Of a stretch of 64,000 nucleotides of DNA, positions 1-13,700 are shown piece by piece. A program made the translations under genes and the position numbers. Within the stretch, counting starts at the first letter, position 1. Every line of letters starts with the position of its first letter. Below the pieces are notes generated by a model. The model did no database searches, was not told the origin of the DNA, and saw only the letters and a program-made list of their open reading frames with translations. Origin of the DNA: Callorhinchus milii (lineage: Eukaryota); the NCBI RefSeq assembly GCF_018977255.1, contig NW_024704742.1:128900001-128964000 (forward strand). Direction: 5' to 3'.

Positions 1-403
1 TTTCTTCCTTCAGAAGCTTCTGCATTGTTTAGCCAAAGTAAAAACGTCAGTAAAATTAAATGAAGATTTTACACACAATGTCTAACCTTTTGCAGTAATC
101 ACAGCCCCAACTAATGTACTCATATTGAGTGTTTGGTGGTACAACTCCTTTGCATTGCCTCATGAGAATGAACAGTTCATGTTCGATCGGAAGTGTGTTT
201 CCTGGTTTTTCTTGATTTAATATTTCTTGATTTATGTCATAAATCACTGCTTTATAGAATAGGCACTCTATCAAAGGTAAGGAATATTATTTAGTGAACA
301 ACAACTGCTTACATTTACACATTTATGCTTCATGTTTCATAGCACTTACAGGTCTAGTTTGGACACTGAGCAAGGGAGAGAGAAGGGGAGAAGGAAGTGG
401 GCA

Positions 404-732
404 AAATAATAATAATAATCCTTGCATTTGAAATAGCGCTTTTCACGTCTTCTAGACATCCCAAAGCGCTTCACAGAAAGGCTGTAAAGTGAATTGACTG
501 TATACTTTGTGGGCGAACGTGGCAGCCAATTGCGCACAGCAATGTCACACAAACAGTCGTGGATTGAAAATGACCAACTTTTTTTATTATTGTTTTGTTT
601 TTTTTGGAGGGATTATTATTAGGCTCTGTGTGGAGTAAGGAAACTTGCCCAAGGTTTCGCCCTGACTGGAATTGAACTCAGGTCTCTCACTTGCAAAGCG
701 AGTGCTCTAACCACTGAGCTGTAAGACTCCAC
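404..732 (-). mobile_element. Young tRNA-derived SINE, full length
   Basis: Same head, body and (ATT)n tail as the copies at 10389, 23431, 40891 and 57042. Confidence 0.9.
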
Positions 733-3700
733 GTCATGTTCAAAGAGGTAAGGTTTGAGGCAGGACTTAAAGACAACAACAAATTGTATTTATATAGGCT
801 CTTCACACGGGGCAGACTCTCAGAGTGCTTGAAAAAGCCAGAAAGAGAGAGATGGAGTGGTAGAGGGAGGGAACTGAAGGCTCAGTCACTGATGGTGGTG
901 CTGTGGAGAGGGCAGGAGGGCACTAAGAGGGCAGTAAGCCTGAGTTCTCTGAGCAGACGGGGCGAGCGGAGGAGTAGGGTAGAGATTGGAGAGATAAGGG
1001 GATGCCGGGGAGTGCAAGGATTGAATGAATGTTTATTGCTCGCCATGACGCAAGTTAATAGAAACGACTGATCTGTAACTGGCAAAATTTATCCCGGTCA
1101 GGTCTAGGACGAATGTATTATGTTTTAAATGACCTTTATCCCTTACGTAATATTATTTCAATGACAAACTGAGGATATAGAGACTGTAAGGTTCTTTTCT
1201 GTCCATTCATCCCGATATCACACAGTCGAGTAAACTGATAAAAAGAATTAACTTTGGGAGAATATTTTTCATGTTCCTGACAATAGTAATGTGAAACACT
1301 TAAATCAGTATTCTGGTTGCTTATCGGCTGGATAATAACATGCCTGGAATGCGTTTTCAAAATCACTGGGATTGAGGCATGACAGGACCTTTAGTTGGAT
1401 GTTTCAAAAAGTACTGTGAGCGCTGAATAGAGCTATTCATTCTGACAAATTGTCGCGCTGAAATATTCCTTCCTATTCTTATGTCTGCAGGAGACACAAA
1501 GGCCTGTCTTTCAGCAGTCAGTCACCGCTTGGCTGAGTGCATTGAAGAACAAGTCAGGCATTTACGACTGAACATGTCCCTGTTTTCTTCACAGTGGCTC
1601 CCCGACAAATTAGTTGCAAATGAACTTTCCTTTGTTAAAATTTGTCAGTGTACCTGTTAAATTCCTCTTTCCCAGCGATGGCTGGCACAGATTTCAGAAC
1701 GTTATGGCACAGCCTGATCTAAGGAAGTCTGAGTTTCATTGTGACCTGTAGACTCCAAATTCCAGCACATGTTAGCCTGAGGGATTATTTGACCTTAAAA
1801 TATAAGACTGCGCAAAAGTATGTGAGATTTCTTTAATCAGGCTTTAACTCGAAAACTGGTTCTTTTTAAAACAAAGCTGCGTAGAGCAGCAGGATGAATT
1901 TCAGAATTTTTTCCCAATTCCGCTCCACTCCATCTTGAATTTTTTTAAATCCTTCAAAAAAAAATTTAGTCACTCAATCTACGATTGTTTGTGGGACACT
2001 GCTGCACGCAATTGGCTGCCGGATTTCACCCACTAAATACACAGTCAATTCATTTTACAGTATATCCTGTGAAGTGCTTTGAGACGTCTCGAAGAAGTGT
2101 TAACGCGCTATATCAAATGCAAGGATTATTATTATTATTTTAAGACAAGCAAGCTAAGACTAGGGCGGAATTCAGGCTCAGTATATACATTCACAATTGA
2201 CTAATCATTTCAGGAGAATGCACCTCTCCACCTCCTTCGGTATTAACATGTAACACTAGCCCCTGGTTTTCCTAACCTTTTGTCACTGCCCGGCTTCTAC
2301 TGAATTTTCCCTTGAAATTGGACAATGGGCTGTAATTGCTCTGGCTCCTATAAACTGCACTTAGAAAAGAAAGTGGCCAGGCCGAGGGATGCTAACGTGG
2401 ACAAGTTAAAGGAGCGGTGTCACCGTATTCAAGGAGTTTTCGGTCAGCCCATACAAAAAACTGCTACATTAGCAGAAGTTCAAGGCTGCAACGGTTACTT
2501 TACTTGTTGCAGCTTGAACATTTGCAATGTGAGATTCTGCACTTTGTTTGGGTAAATTGGTTTATTTTATCTTTCACTTCCATGGACTTCACGCACTGCT
2601 CGCCTTTTCCCTGTCCAACAAAGCAAGCGGCAGATGTTTTCCCAGAGACTGTCAATGTTACTTTGCAGCCGGCCATCAGCAGCTGTGCTGGAGTAGCACA
2701 GCATTGACCAGTCCTGATTCTCTCTCCCTCGCTGCTGGAAATCACTCGGTCTCTTCTCAACCATTCCACACAGCAGCCTGATACAGATTAGTAAATGCAC
2801 CATGTTGGGGTATTACAGAGCTCAACGCACATCTGACCATGGTTCATTGAAACCACACTCACCCCCATTCTTACCATGCTGTGAATCTCACTGCGTTTGC
2901 TCTGTTTATCTTTCTGATACACATATATCGTGGCACCCTTCTCTCTTTGTAAACAACGTTAAGTTTCTTGCACGTTTTTTTTAACACCCACCAAAATTTC
3001 TCCAGTACAGATTTAAAACATGCATGAAAAAACTCTCATTACTGGGCTGCCTGTAGCTCCATTTCATTCTTAAGAATAATAATTTGCATTTACACATGTA
3101 AAACAAAACGTCTCAAAGTGCTTTACAAAGTACAAAATGGTTAGAAAGAAAGCAGAAACTGTTATACAGGCAAATGCAACAGTTGGTCTGTGGCAGAAAT
3201 GTCCTACCAACAACAAAGAGATAAGTAGCCAAGGAACTAGAATTTGTTGTAAGTTTGGATGAGAGAGAGGAATATAATAATGGTATTGATTATAATAAAA
3301 TAATAATCTTAGCATTTGATATAGTGCCTTATTACATCGTTGAATTAGCTATATATTTTGTGGGCGATTAACATTTATATAGCACCTTTCAAGTCAGGAG
3401 GGTGTTTCAAAAGTGCTTTAAATACAACGGCAGCCCAAGTAGTGAGGGGCCGAGGAGGGTTGGGGGAAGGGTGAGCAAAAGCATGACTGAAAAGAAAGGT
3501 CTTAAGGTGGGCTTTAAAGATTAGGGGGAGGGGGGGGGAGTTGAAGGAAACAACAGGATGGAGTTCCAGAGATCAGGGCGACAGAATGGCTGGAAGCTCG
3601 CCCACTGATGACAAGGTAGATCAAGCAGGGGATATGAAGCAGGCCTAAGTTAGCTGAGTGGAGGGAGCGGATGGGGTGATAGGATTCCAGGAGGTCACTT

Positions 3701-3929
3701 TGAGACATTCTCCTGACATGATAAGGTATTATATCAAATGCAAGGATTATTATCCTTTTGTACTGTCGTACAGTGTAAATCAAACACCACACAGAGATTT
3801 AATGAGTAAAGTTAAAATTTTTCTCATCTTTCCCAAGTTTTTGTCTCTCTCTCGCTGGCGTACAAAAAGCAGTTGAAGAGTATTATTATTAACAATAATA
3901 GTATTATTATTAATAAGTATTATTATTAA

Positions 3930-4322
3930 CAATAATAATCCTTGAATTTGATATAGCACCTTTTCATACCTTCAAGACATCTCAAAAAGCTTCACAGAAT
4001 ATACTGTAAAGTGAATTGACTGTATATTTTGTGGGCAAAACACGGCAGCAAATAATTGTGCATAGCAATGTCCCACAAACAGCCGTGGATTGAGTGAGCA
4101 AATTATCATTTTTTTATATATTTATTTTTGTTTTGACGGGATTATTACCCGCTGAAAAGTGATCCGCTAATTGACTAACAATTGGGTTCCTACTTCTTGC
4201 TCGGTAAACAGAGGCGTGTGGAGTAAGGAAACCTGCCCAACGTTTCACCCTGTCCAGGAATCAAACCCAGGTCCTTTCGCTTGCAAGGCGAGTGCTCTAA
4301 CCACTGAGCTACAGGACTCCAC
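3930..4322 (-). mobile_element. tRNA-derived SINE, longer subfamily with CORE-like middle
   Basis: Same head and tail as the young SINE plus a 60-65 nt segment (cctctgtttacc...taggaacc...gttagtc). Related copies at about 19195-19500, 22335-22705 and 42115-42464. Confidence 0.85.
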
Positions 4323-4993
4323 AAGAATACGTTTATTGTGCAGATTTTGTTTAGCAATTGGATGCCAATATGAAGAATACATTGTTTTGTGCATTCACAC
4401 AGGTCAGCTTTGCTCTTTGCCCTTTGCCCCTGGGTCATGACTTTACCATTGAGCGAAAACGAGACATAAAGTGAGAGGTTTCAGCTGCAGAAGTGCACAA
4501 ACCCTGCATTCTTGCAATTGGCTTCCGCCCTGGAAACTTCAAATATCTTCACAATAGAGGACACACCGGGAAAAAAAGTTTGTGTCAGGGTGGCTACTTT
4601 AGCTACTGTCTTTATATCAGGAGAGAGAGAGAAAAATAATCATTGCTCTAGGGGGGTTGTGAGATAAATGTAATTGTCAGCGTCATGAGTCAGCTGCAGA
4701 GCTACAGGCAATCGCAAACCGTATCCATCTGGTTTGCAAACGTATTTCAATCTAATTTAAATGAAAAGGTTGGAAGCATCAACGTTTAATCGACTCTTAA
4801 TCTGCCCTATAACCAGAATGCTACAGGTTAAGTGCTTTCTTTTCTCTCTAATCGACATTGATTCTGATGCTACATTTGTTGGGATAAAACAAGTCTACAA
4901 AATGCAATGTGACTGTTGCCTTCCCCCCCCTCCCCCTCTCAGTTACAATACTGCAACCAAATAGTATCACCAAAGCTATCATTGACATCAGTG

Positions 4994-5765
4994 TACAAAA
5001 CAAAAACAGAAGTCGCTGTGAACACTCAGCAGGTCAGGCAGCATCTATGGAGAAAGGAAAGTGAGTCAATGTTTCGGATCCAAGACCCTTTGTCGAAACT
5101 GGGGAATGTTGGAAGGGAGAGGCTTTTAAGGGCTAACAGAGAGGGGGAGGAAGGGCAAAGAAGACAAAGGAGAAAATGGGGTAGAGGACAGGGGATGATG
5201 AGTTAAAGAGATGTTAATGATGCAACAAAGGGGGGGAAATAGAGGTGTTAATAATAACAATAATAATAATCCTTGCATTTGATATAGCGCTTTTCCTAGT
5301 CTTCTCGACGTCTCAAAGCGCTTCACAGAATAGACTGTAAAGTGAATTGACCGTATATTTGTGGGCGAAATGCAGCAGCCAATTGCGCACAGCAGCATCC
5401 CACAAACAGTCGTGGATTGAAAATGACCAATTTATTATTTTTTTTTGTTTTGGAGGGATTATTATTAGACGTGTGGAGTAAGGAAACTTGCCCAAGGTTT
5501 CGCCCTGCTTGGAATTGAACCCAGGTGTCTCCCTTGCAAGGTGAGCAGAATAATGCAGAAAGAATTTGCAACAGAACAGGCAGATCAGGGAGAGAAAAGG
5601 TGTCTCCTTTTCTCTCCCTGATCCTCAGAACATGAAGGGTCGTGGGCCCGAAACGTTGACTCACTTTCCTTTCTCCATAGATGCTGCCTGACCTGCTGAG
5701 TGTTCCCAGCGACTTCTGTTTTTGTTTCAGATTTACAGCATCTGCAATATTTTGTGTTTTGTTCC
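4994..5765. mobile_element. Penelope-like element ends in inverted arrangement, interrupted by a SINE (about 5250-5545)
   Basis: The motif gaaacgttgactcactttcctttctccatagatgctgcctgacctgctgagtgttc occurs on minus (about 4994-5100) and plus (about 5630-5765). A perfect 18-bp hairpin (5583-5623) sits at the strand switch. Confidence 0.7.
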
Positions 5766-8700
5766 TTCATTACAATGTTATAGTCGGGTGGCTAGTCAGC
5801 ACTTCGACATTTGATAGGAACTCAGAGCGCTTCACAAAGACGGAGTTGGACTTAAATTGGAAGGGCATGGGTGACCACAGGGGCAGTCAAAGAGGCGTTT
5901 TCCTTTAGGCATGATTTAAAACCTGCCATGCCTGTTAGAGGCAGCTCATGCTGCCTGTTATGAGAAGCCAACAACAACTTGCACATGTAGAGCATCTTTC
6001 ACAGAGTGTAGTGTCTCAGAGTGCTTAACAGTGGTAGAGCATGATGCTTTGCTAAGGGGAGGGAGAAGGTGACTGTAGGCATGGTCGAAGAGGAATCTTT
6101 TAAAGCTTGAACTGAAATGGATAAGGAAGGACAATTTTTTAAAGTTAGCCTCGTTTGAAGTACCACAGGTTTTCCCTAAATTAAAATTTTCTGCATATGG
6201 GAAACATGCAAATATAACAGTGCAAGTAATCACTCGAACAGGCAGGGCACTTCCATAAGGAATCAACCTAGTGACAGCAACTGAAGCTGATTCATTAATC
6301 TTAAGAACAAAGGGAGCAATTTTCTTGTTGCAAATTGTTTAGAATGATCAAACAGTAGATCAATCACACTATCTGCTCAGCACTGCCTGAGGTTTGTATC
6401 CAATTAGGAAGAGGCAACATGAAGCACTTAAAAGGGTTCCCTTTACAATGAGCAGTTAACAAGATTGTTGATGCATGTGCTGCAGTTAAGAAAATATCTC
6501 TAAGTCCACACATTCTCAACCTCTTGGCTAAGACCAAGTGCTTGTCTACAGGTGACGATATGATGCAAGTGACCATATTGAGATAGACTAAAGAATGGGA
6601 CCCTGCTGTGTGCAGTTGGCTGCCACTTTTCGTCCACAAAATACACAATCAATCCACTTTACAGTATATCCTGTGAACCATTTTGAAACTTCTCCATGAC
6701 ACAATAAATTGCTATATCAAATACAAGGATTATTATTACCATTAATGGTTGCCTGCCAAGCTCCAGATCATAGATTGATGCCTGTGGGAGACCTTGGAGA
6801 AGTACAGATGCAATATTTTTTTCATAATTCCTTTCAAGCTTCATTCTTTCCTTTTTTAAACCTAATTTTTTGGGGTCTGTCCAATGTCTGATACATGTGG
6901 AAACCCACTATCATGCTTATCACCCCTCGCCTCCAGTCAATCCCTATCTAATAATATAATGGCAGCTACAAGTGGAGAACAGGCCATTACCCAGCACAAA
7001 ATATACATTGTCAAAACTGCAGTATCTGTACACAGTTTGTTGATTTAATTTCAGATGATACTCAAATACCCCTCTGTTCAGTAAAACTGAGACCGTGAAA
7101 AAATATTTAACTCCCAGCTTAACTATCTTCCAGCAACAATTAAGCTCCTTAATTACTTTTTCCAACAAGGTTTTCAAGAAACTGTTATTCCATCTCGTAC
7201 CCTTAGAGCTGAAATTAACTTTTTTTTAAATCTTAAAAGAATAAAAGCCTCTCTATCACTGGGAAGCCAATTTTCCTTTACTTGCTAATCAGGTGTCAAA
7301 TATTCTAAACAGGAGGAAAATTATTCTCCTGAGTCCTGACCTGTGAGATTTTTCATTCGCTGACCAATTTGATAGTTCATCAAAATCTTTCCATTCTGAC
7401 CAAGACCATTTTCTTCATTTTTGACACACTCTTCACCTTTGACCTCATTCCATAGTAAACACCACCAAACCCCTTGTTCATTCTTTTTTACTTCCAGACT
7501 TGACTTCTCTAATGCACTTCTCTTTCATCTCCTCTTTTATCTTTTAGTTCCTCTAACCACAAGCTGAAGCTCATTCAAAACCTTGTCTACTGTAAACACC
7601 AAAAAGCCACATGCCATTCACACCAGTCCTTAACCAGTTTCCCTGCCTCCCAATGGATCAATTTCAAAGTCCTCACCTATAAAACCCTTTATGCCTGAAT
7701 ACTTTATTGCTAGATGAAGGGTTCTGTATAAATGAACCTTGAATCTCACAATTGGGTGGTGCACTGTATGATAACTATGGAGGTATCTCCTCCAGTCAAT
7801 GCCAATTAGTACTTCTCAATGTCAAGCAATACTAATCGGTATTAATCAATGTCAGTAAATGTCAATCATCTCAATGCCAGTCTTTTCTTTATCAATGCCA
7901 GCCATTGCCAGTCAATGACAGCACACCTTTTTTCTTTCCAATAACCCAAATCCACATGAAAATACCAGCCTCTTGTTTGGATTCTGTAACACACAGCACA
8001 ATCTGTTTCATATCCCCTGGGTCAGGAATGATACGTTCTTTTCAAACTCTGCTTGTTTTTTGCTCACAGACGGAAAAAACATGCTTTGAAATATTTGGAA
8101 AAAGATATATTTTATGCAGGATTAGATTCCATTTTATATCCCTGCTAATTTCCTGAAGCACCAGACTGGCACACTATGTGACCATTCTGCAAAACGATGC
8201 GAGTACATTCAGTGAATACAAGTTACATTGTTAACATTCCAAACATATTAACATTTCTAAATCAGTAATGAAACTGTTATTTGTCATTACTGAGCCTCTC
8301 AGGCCACATTACATCCTCCTACATGGGAACACAGGAATGTAGAGGACCGGAAAAAAACCATTGCGGTCCATCTAGCTGGTGCCAAAGTTTAAAAAGAAAT
8401 CATAGACTATTCCATTTCTCAGATCCCTCAATCGATTCCTTCGCCAAATAGCTTTCTATTTCCCACTTGAATTTGCTGACAAGTTTGTCTCCACCATCTC
8501 CCTGGCTAGTCCATTCCACACATTCACTACTCACTCCGTTAAGTAATTAAATCTAAACTGCCTGTGCATCTTCTTGTGTGAATTTGCCAAACAAAAATCA
8601 GTGGGGGGCGGTGGAGGGGGGTGGGGGGAATGGAATTGTATTTTGTTCAGAACCAAGAGTTTTTTTTGGAACTGTGGCACGTTGCTTAATAATAATACTA

Positions 8701-9264
8701 ATAATAATCATTGTATTTGATATAGCACTTTATCACGTCATTGAGATGTCTTAAAGCGTTTTATAGGATATACTATAAAGTGAATTGACTATGTATTTTG
8801 TGGGTGAAGCTTATGAATTATTGATACTGCAGAGACGAATCCAAACTTGTAACTGAACCAAAGGGATGTGAACAGCGGCATTCGTGTATAGAGTCAGCTC
8901 TGCATCAAACTTGCTTAAATAAAAAAAAATTGCCTCTTTGAGGAGATCTCCCTGCTCTTCTGAGCAACTCTGCTTACCATGCTGCTAGAGAGGAGTTCCT
9001 TGTACCTGATATCTCCCCAGCAAGAGATCAAAACTTGTCTAACTACTGATTAATCTCCGGGGGAGCGGGTAGTTGGTAAGGATGATCTCTTTCAGGTTGA
9101 CTTCGCTCCAAGATGATATGACTAACAATGGAAGATCCTTGTAGTTTGGTTCCTGAGCCAGACAGGAGTTCAAGGTTCATTAGCAAGGCACGGAGGAGAA
9201 TTGATTCTTCCTACCTGGCTCTTGTCAACCCTATACACCAAACCCCTAATGACAAGGATGGTTC

Positions 9265-9860
9265 ATAACATCCAGGCTTGACTACGCCAACTCCCTGCTT
9301 GTTGGCCTTCCCAATTCCTCCCTCCATAGGTTGCAGATCATCCAAAACTCTGCAGCCCATGTCCTCTCCTGCACCAAGCTCCGTGACCCTATCACCCCCA
9401 TCCTTGCCTGACCCCACTGGCTTTACATCACACAGCGGATACAGTTCAAGATCCTGGTCCTCACTTTCAAAGCCGTACATGGCCTCGGTCCCCCCTACCC
9501 CTGCGAGCTCCTAATCCCCTACCAACCTGCCCAATCCCTCCACTCAGCAAGCTCCAGCCTGCTTTACATCCCCCGCCTTGCCCACCCCACCAATGGTAGA
9601 TGGGTCTACAGCCACACTGCCCCCACCCTCTGGAACTCCATCCCGCAGTCCCTCCGCCCCTTCCCCTCCCTTTCCTTCTTCAAGACCAATGTCAAGACCG
9701 TCCTCTTCGACCGTGCATTTGATCACCCTGCTTCCCCCCCTGTCCTCCACCCTCCCCAATCCAGACCCCCAGCTCGGGTCCGAACCACTGACTGTCCATC
9801 GCCTTGGGACGTCCTCCCAACGTGAAAGGCACTATACAAGTGTAATTTTGTTGTTGTGGT
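9265..9860 (+). mobile_element. L2-clade LINE 3' fragment
   Basis: Decayed ORF2 C-terminus (TSRLDYANSLLVGLP...HW...RIQFKIL) followed by a 3' UTR ending gggacgtcctcccaacgtgaaaggcactatac and (GTT)n. Confidence 0.88.
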
Positions 9861-10388
9861 TGTAGCTGGACAAGCAGTGGGAAGCTTACCAGGGCTTGCA
9901 ATGGTAAACCAGGCGGCTTTAGCTGGCTAAACTCCAGCAATAACCTAATGCACATATTTGAGGTCTCCCAGACCTTGCCTCTTGCCAACCTCTGCCTAAA
10001 TACAATAATTTGAATAAACTTATTCTATGCTGTTTCAGTTCCAATATTTAAACTAGCCAGAGTCTGTCAGACCATTTCAACTAAAAAATCTAAGAATACA
10101 TGGACTTGCAGAAAATATTTCCAATTTAGTCTTAATTGGGAAATGAATGTCTACAAATCTTAAATGAAGATTAAATTTACTTTTAAAAAATCAAAAATTT
10201 TGCATGATCTTAAAATTTAAGACAACGGCAAAGACAATGATAAATTTCAGCCATCTGGTTCAAGTAAATTAATTTAATACCCTGAATAATCATGCGCAAA
10301 ATGAGTGGAGATGTACATCTTGGGAATCTGTGGAAATATTTTGTTTAATAATTAATGTGAGGAAATTATTATTCTACAGCATGTTTAC

Positions 10389-10723
10389 GTGGAGTCCTGT
10401 AGCTCAGTGGTTAGAGCTCTCGCTTTGCAAGCGAGAGATCTGAGTTCAATTCCAGGCAGAGGGCGAAACCTTGGGCAAGTTTCCGTACTCCACACGCCTA
10501 ATAATAATCCCTCCAAAACTAAAAACAATAATTAAATTGGTCATTTTCAATCTACGACTGTTTGTGGGACATTGCTGTGCGCAATTGGCTGCCGCGTTCG
10601 CCCACAAATATACAGTCAATTCACTTTACAGTGTGTTCTGTGAAGCGCTTTGGGACGTCCTCCCGACGTGAAAAGCGCTATATCAAATGCAAGGATTATT
10701 ATTATTATTATTATTATTATTAT
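10389..10723 (+). mobile_element. Young tRNA(Ala-like) SINE, full length
   Basis: A box TAGCTCAGTGG, anticodon arm CTCGC-TTTGCAA-GCGAG, B box GAGTTCAATTC, L2-like tail and (ATT)n. Confidence 0.92.
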
Positions 10724-13700
10724 TTCCTATCTAGCTGTTCATTTCATGTAGAATTTGGGGAATAATTATTTTAATTTATTGAACAGAGAATTAATGCACT
10801 TGAAATCCACATTGCTGAGTTAGACGTCTCAAGGACCTTAACAGGGCGGACATCCGAGCTGAGGATGGGAGCCGAGGCGGGGAGTAACTTAATTCAGTCT
10901 TTGCTTTGAAGCTATTTTTCGGTAGTTCTTAAAAATAAAATAAAGAGACCCGGCATCAACATTGGAACTATTTATGAATTTGACAGATTGTACACACTCT
11001 GAAATGCTCAGTTAATGAAATAAATGTAAATCCATTTATCTTATTATCCATTGATTCCAGGTCCAATGTCTAGACCTAGGTATTCCTATATACCCGGATC
11101 TGCCTAAACCAAAATAATAAGAGTGTTATGATTTCTAAAAAACACTTGACCTCAAGACAACTGAGCTTTTACTTGTTCTGTTCTGTGTTCTTTGAAGTCC
11201 TCAACACTTTTGAAGAGGATGCCATGAGTAATTGGTCTGCTCTTCATGGGTGTAATAAACTTCCAAAAAGAACAAAGAACCATGGCCAGAGATTATATCT
11301 AAAGTCCGGATATGTACAGAATGGTCGGCTCATGTCCTTTATCACTTCAAAGATCTGACATGTGTCTCCAGCTTTGGTGCTGTGTTAGTCATTCGTCTGT
11401 GAGGAACAGAATTATATCTATGCTTACACTGTAGCGCCATTCTGCTTCAAAATGTAAAATCTTGCCGAATTGTAGAAGTGTTCAATCTTAATTTGAAAGA
11501 TGGTATTCCATAGGTCTAATTGTATTTTACAATATAATATATAATATTTTACAATCCCCAGATCGGGTCCAAATCCTTGAGTGTCCAGCGCCTTGAGATG
11601 TCCTCCTGATGAAAGGCACTATACAAATTGTTGTTGTTGTGTCTAAAAAAAATACCGCTTCCACTTACGAATCCCAAGAGGTCAAAGTTCAACAAACAGA
11701 GGCTGGTGATCAAAGCATTGGTTGCTTCTCACAGTCAGTTTGCTTTATGGCCCTTTTTCAGACAATTGGCTTAGATTTTACAAATTTCAGAATCCAATAT
11801 TCCACTTATAGCTATAGAATCCATTCACTTCCCAGTTGGTTAGGGTGGTCCTTTCCACAAAATCAGCAGGACAAAGCTTGCCAGAGAATGCCATCAATGG
11901 CAAACCATGAGATTTTAGCTGGTTAAGCACTCTGAGACACTACCCTGTATGAAATGTGCTATATAAATGCAAGTTGTTGTTTTTGTATGTTAGACTCCAG
12001 CAGTACCCAAACACACTCTCTGGAGTTGGCAAACCTTGTACCTTGCCAACATATGCCTAATACACTGCAGAATTATCAAGGTGCATTCCTTCAGGGATAG
12101 ATTGCTCATTCCAGGAACAGGTAAATTTTCATGCATAAGTACCATACATATGTGGAACACTCAAATTTGTTTTGGATACACTTAAGCATAGTGATGAGTT
12201 TCCAAATGCATCAAACACCCGACTGAACAAAAAAAATCATTGAGGCTTTCCTTTGAGAGTACTGACCAATCAAATAAATAAACTAACTTCTCAATTCTAT
12301 TCCTCCGCAATCAATTCTTCCTAAGAAAATAACCCATTTGCCTGAAAGTTGCTTCTAGTTGATTCTCAGTAGGAATTTCCTGTTGTACAATCTCTTGTTT
12401 CGCAGCTCTTTGAAATAGCAGAACCCATTCAACCTATTCAGGAGGTTGCTGTGTGACATTTGCCCTGAATCTTTGGTTGTGTATTTAATCAGGGCAAAAC
12501 AGAACAAAGTATTCACTTTACTGGAATTTACAGATCACTTTTTATGACAGTAAGAAGCATTCTTACTGAAGATGATGTGGAATTTCCAATTTCTCTTCAT
12601 GGAAATGCAAATTAGAGCTCATGGTAGAGAAATGTAAGAAAGATCATAAAGGGAATAATCCATGCATTTGATACAGGGCAAGCCATCGAAAAATCATAAT
12701 AATAATATTATTAATAACATCTGAAAGAGTTTCATAGGAAACTTTCATACTGTAAGTTGCAGTGACTGTGTTCATACAATATAATTGACATTTATATAGG
12801 ATTTTTCAGACTGAGAGACATCTCAAAGTACTTGGCAAATGGGGATAGGAGTCAAACAAGTAGAGAGAGGAAAGATGATCAAAAGAGTAGTCAAAGAGGT
12901 ATGTTCTGAGATGGGCCTTGAACGAGGGGAGAGAGCGAGTCGGAGGGGACTCCAGGATGGAGTTCCAGAGAGAGCGAAGGCAGAATGACTGAAAGCTCAC
13001 CTGCCGATAGCGAGGTGAATAGGGCAGGCGATGATAGGATGGGGGACATGAAGAAGATCAGTGTTTGCTGAGCGAAAGGAATAGCTGGGATGGTAGAGCT
13101 GAAGGCAAAAATAACATGGAAAGGAAAGAACAAAAAAAGGACCAGAGCCCTATCAAGTCTAGTGGTTCATCTGCTAGAAACATTTTATACTTATTATTAT
13201 TAAATAATAATCATCAGCATCATTACATTTGGTATAGCACCTTTCACAACAGAAGGACGTCCCGAAGTGCTTCACAGAATACGATGTAGAATGGACTGAC
13301 CTTGATTTTGTGAGCGAATGGATTGTGGACCATTGTCTTAAAATGTTATATCCTGCAGAAGTTTGGAAAATTCCTCTTCTATTTTATTGTGGAAAACAGC
13401 TTCCCATACTAACCATAAAGAACTTTGTGGCTGGAGGTTACACACCAGGCAAGATCGGGAGGTAGCTGTACTGAAGCGGCCTGGAGTCACTTGCAACACC
13501 AGCTGTGAATCCCTACCAGCCTGATTTGAGGTCAAGTAATGGAATCTCTGAACTACCCACTGGCTCAGCAAGTTTTATTCAGTGAGTAACTAAATGCAAC
13601 ATATTAGGAAGGATTCATGTTCAACAACATCAGCAACAACAGTAACTTGCATTTTTATAGCGCCCTTTAAGTGGGGCACGTCTCAGAGCGCTTAACAATG

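Noticed and set aside
2325..2803. Cys-rich overlapping short ORFs
   Set aside because: No coherent splice sites or family motif; treated as non-coding.
8225..8255. Minus-strand VNMF resembling the start of NPR3 exon 4
   Set aside because: It continues GMLTM then stop, with no adjacent acceptor; a chance match.
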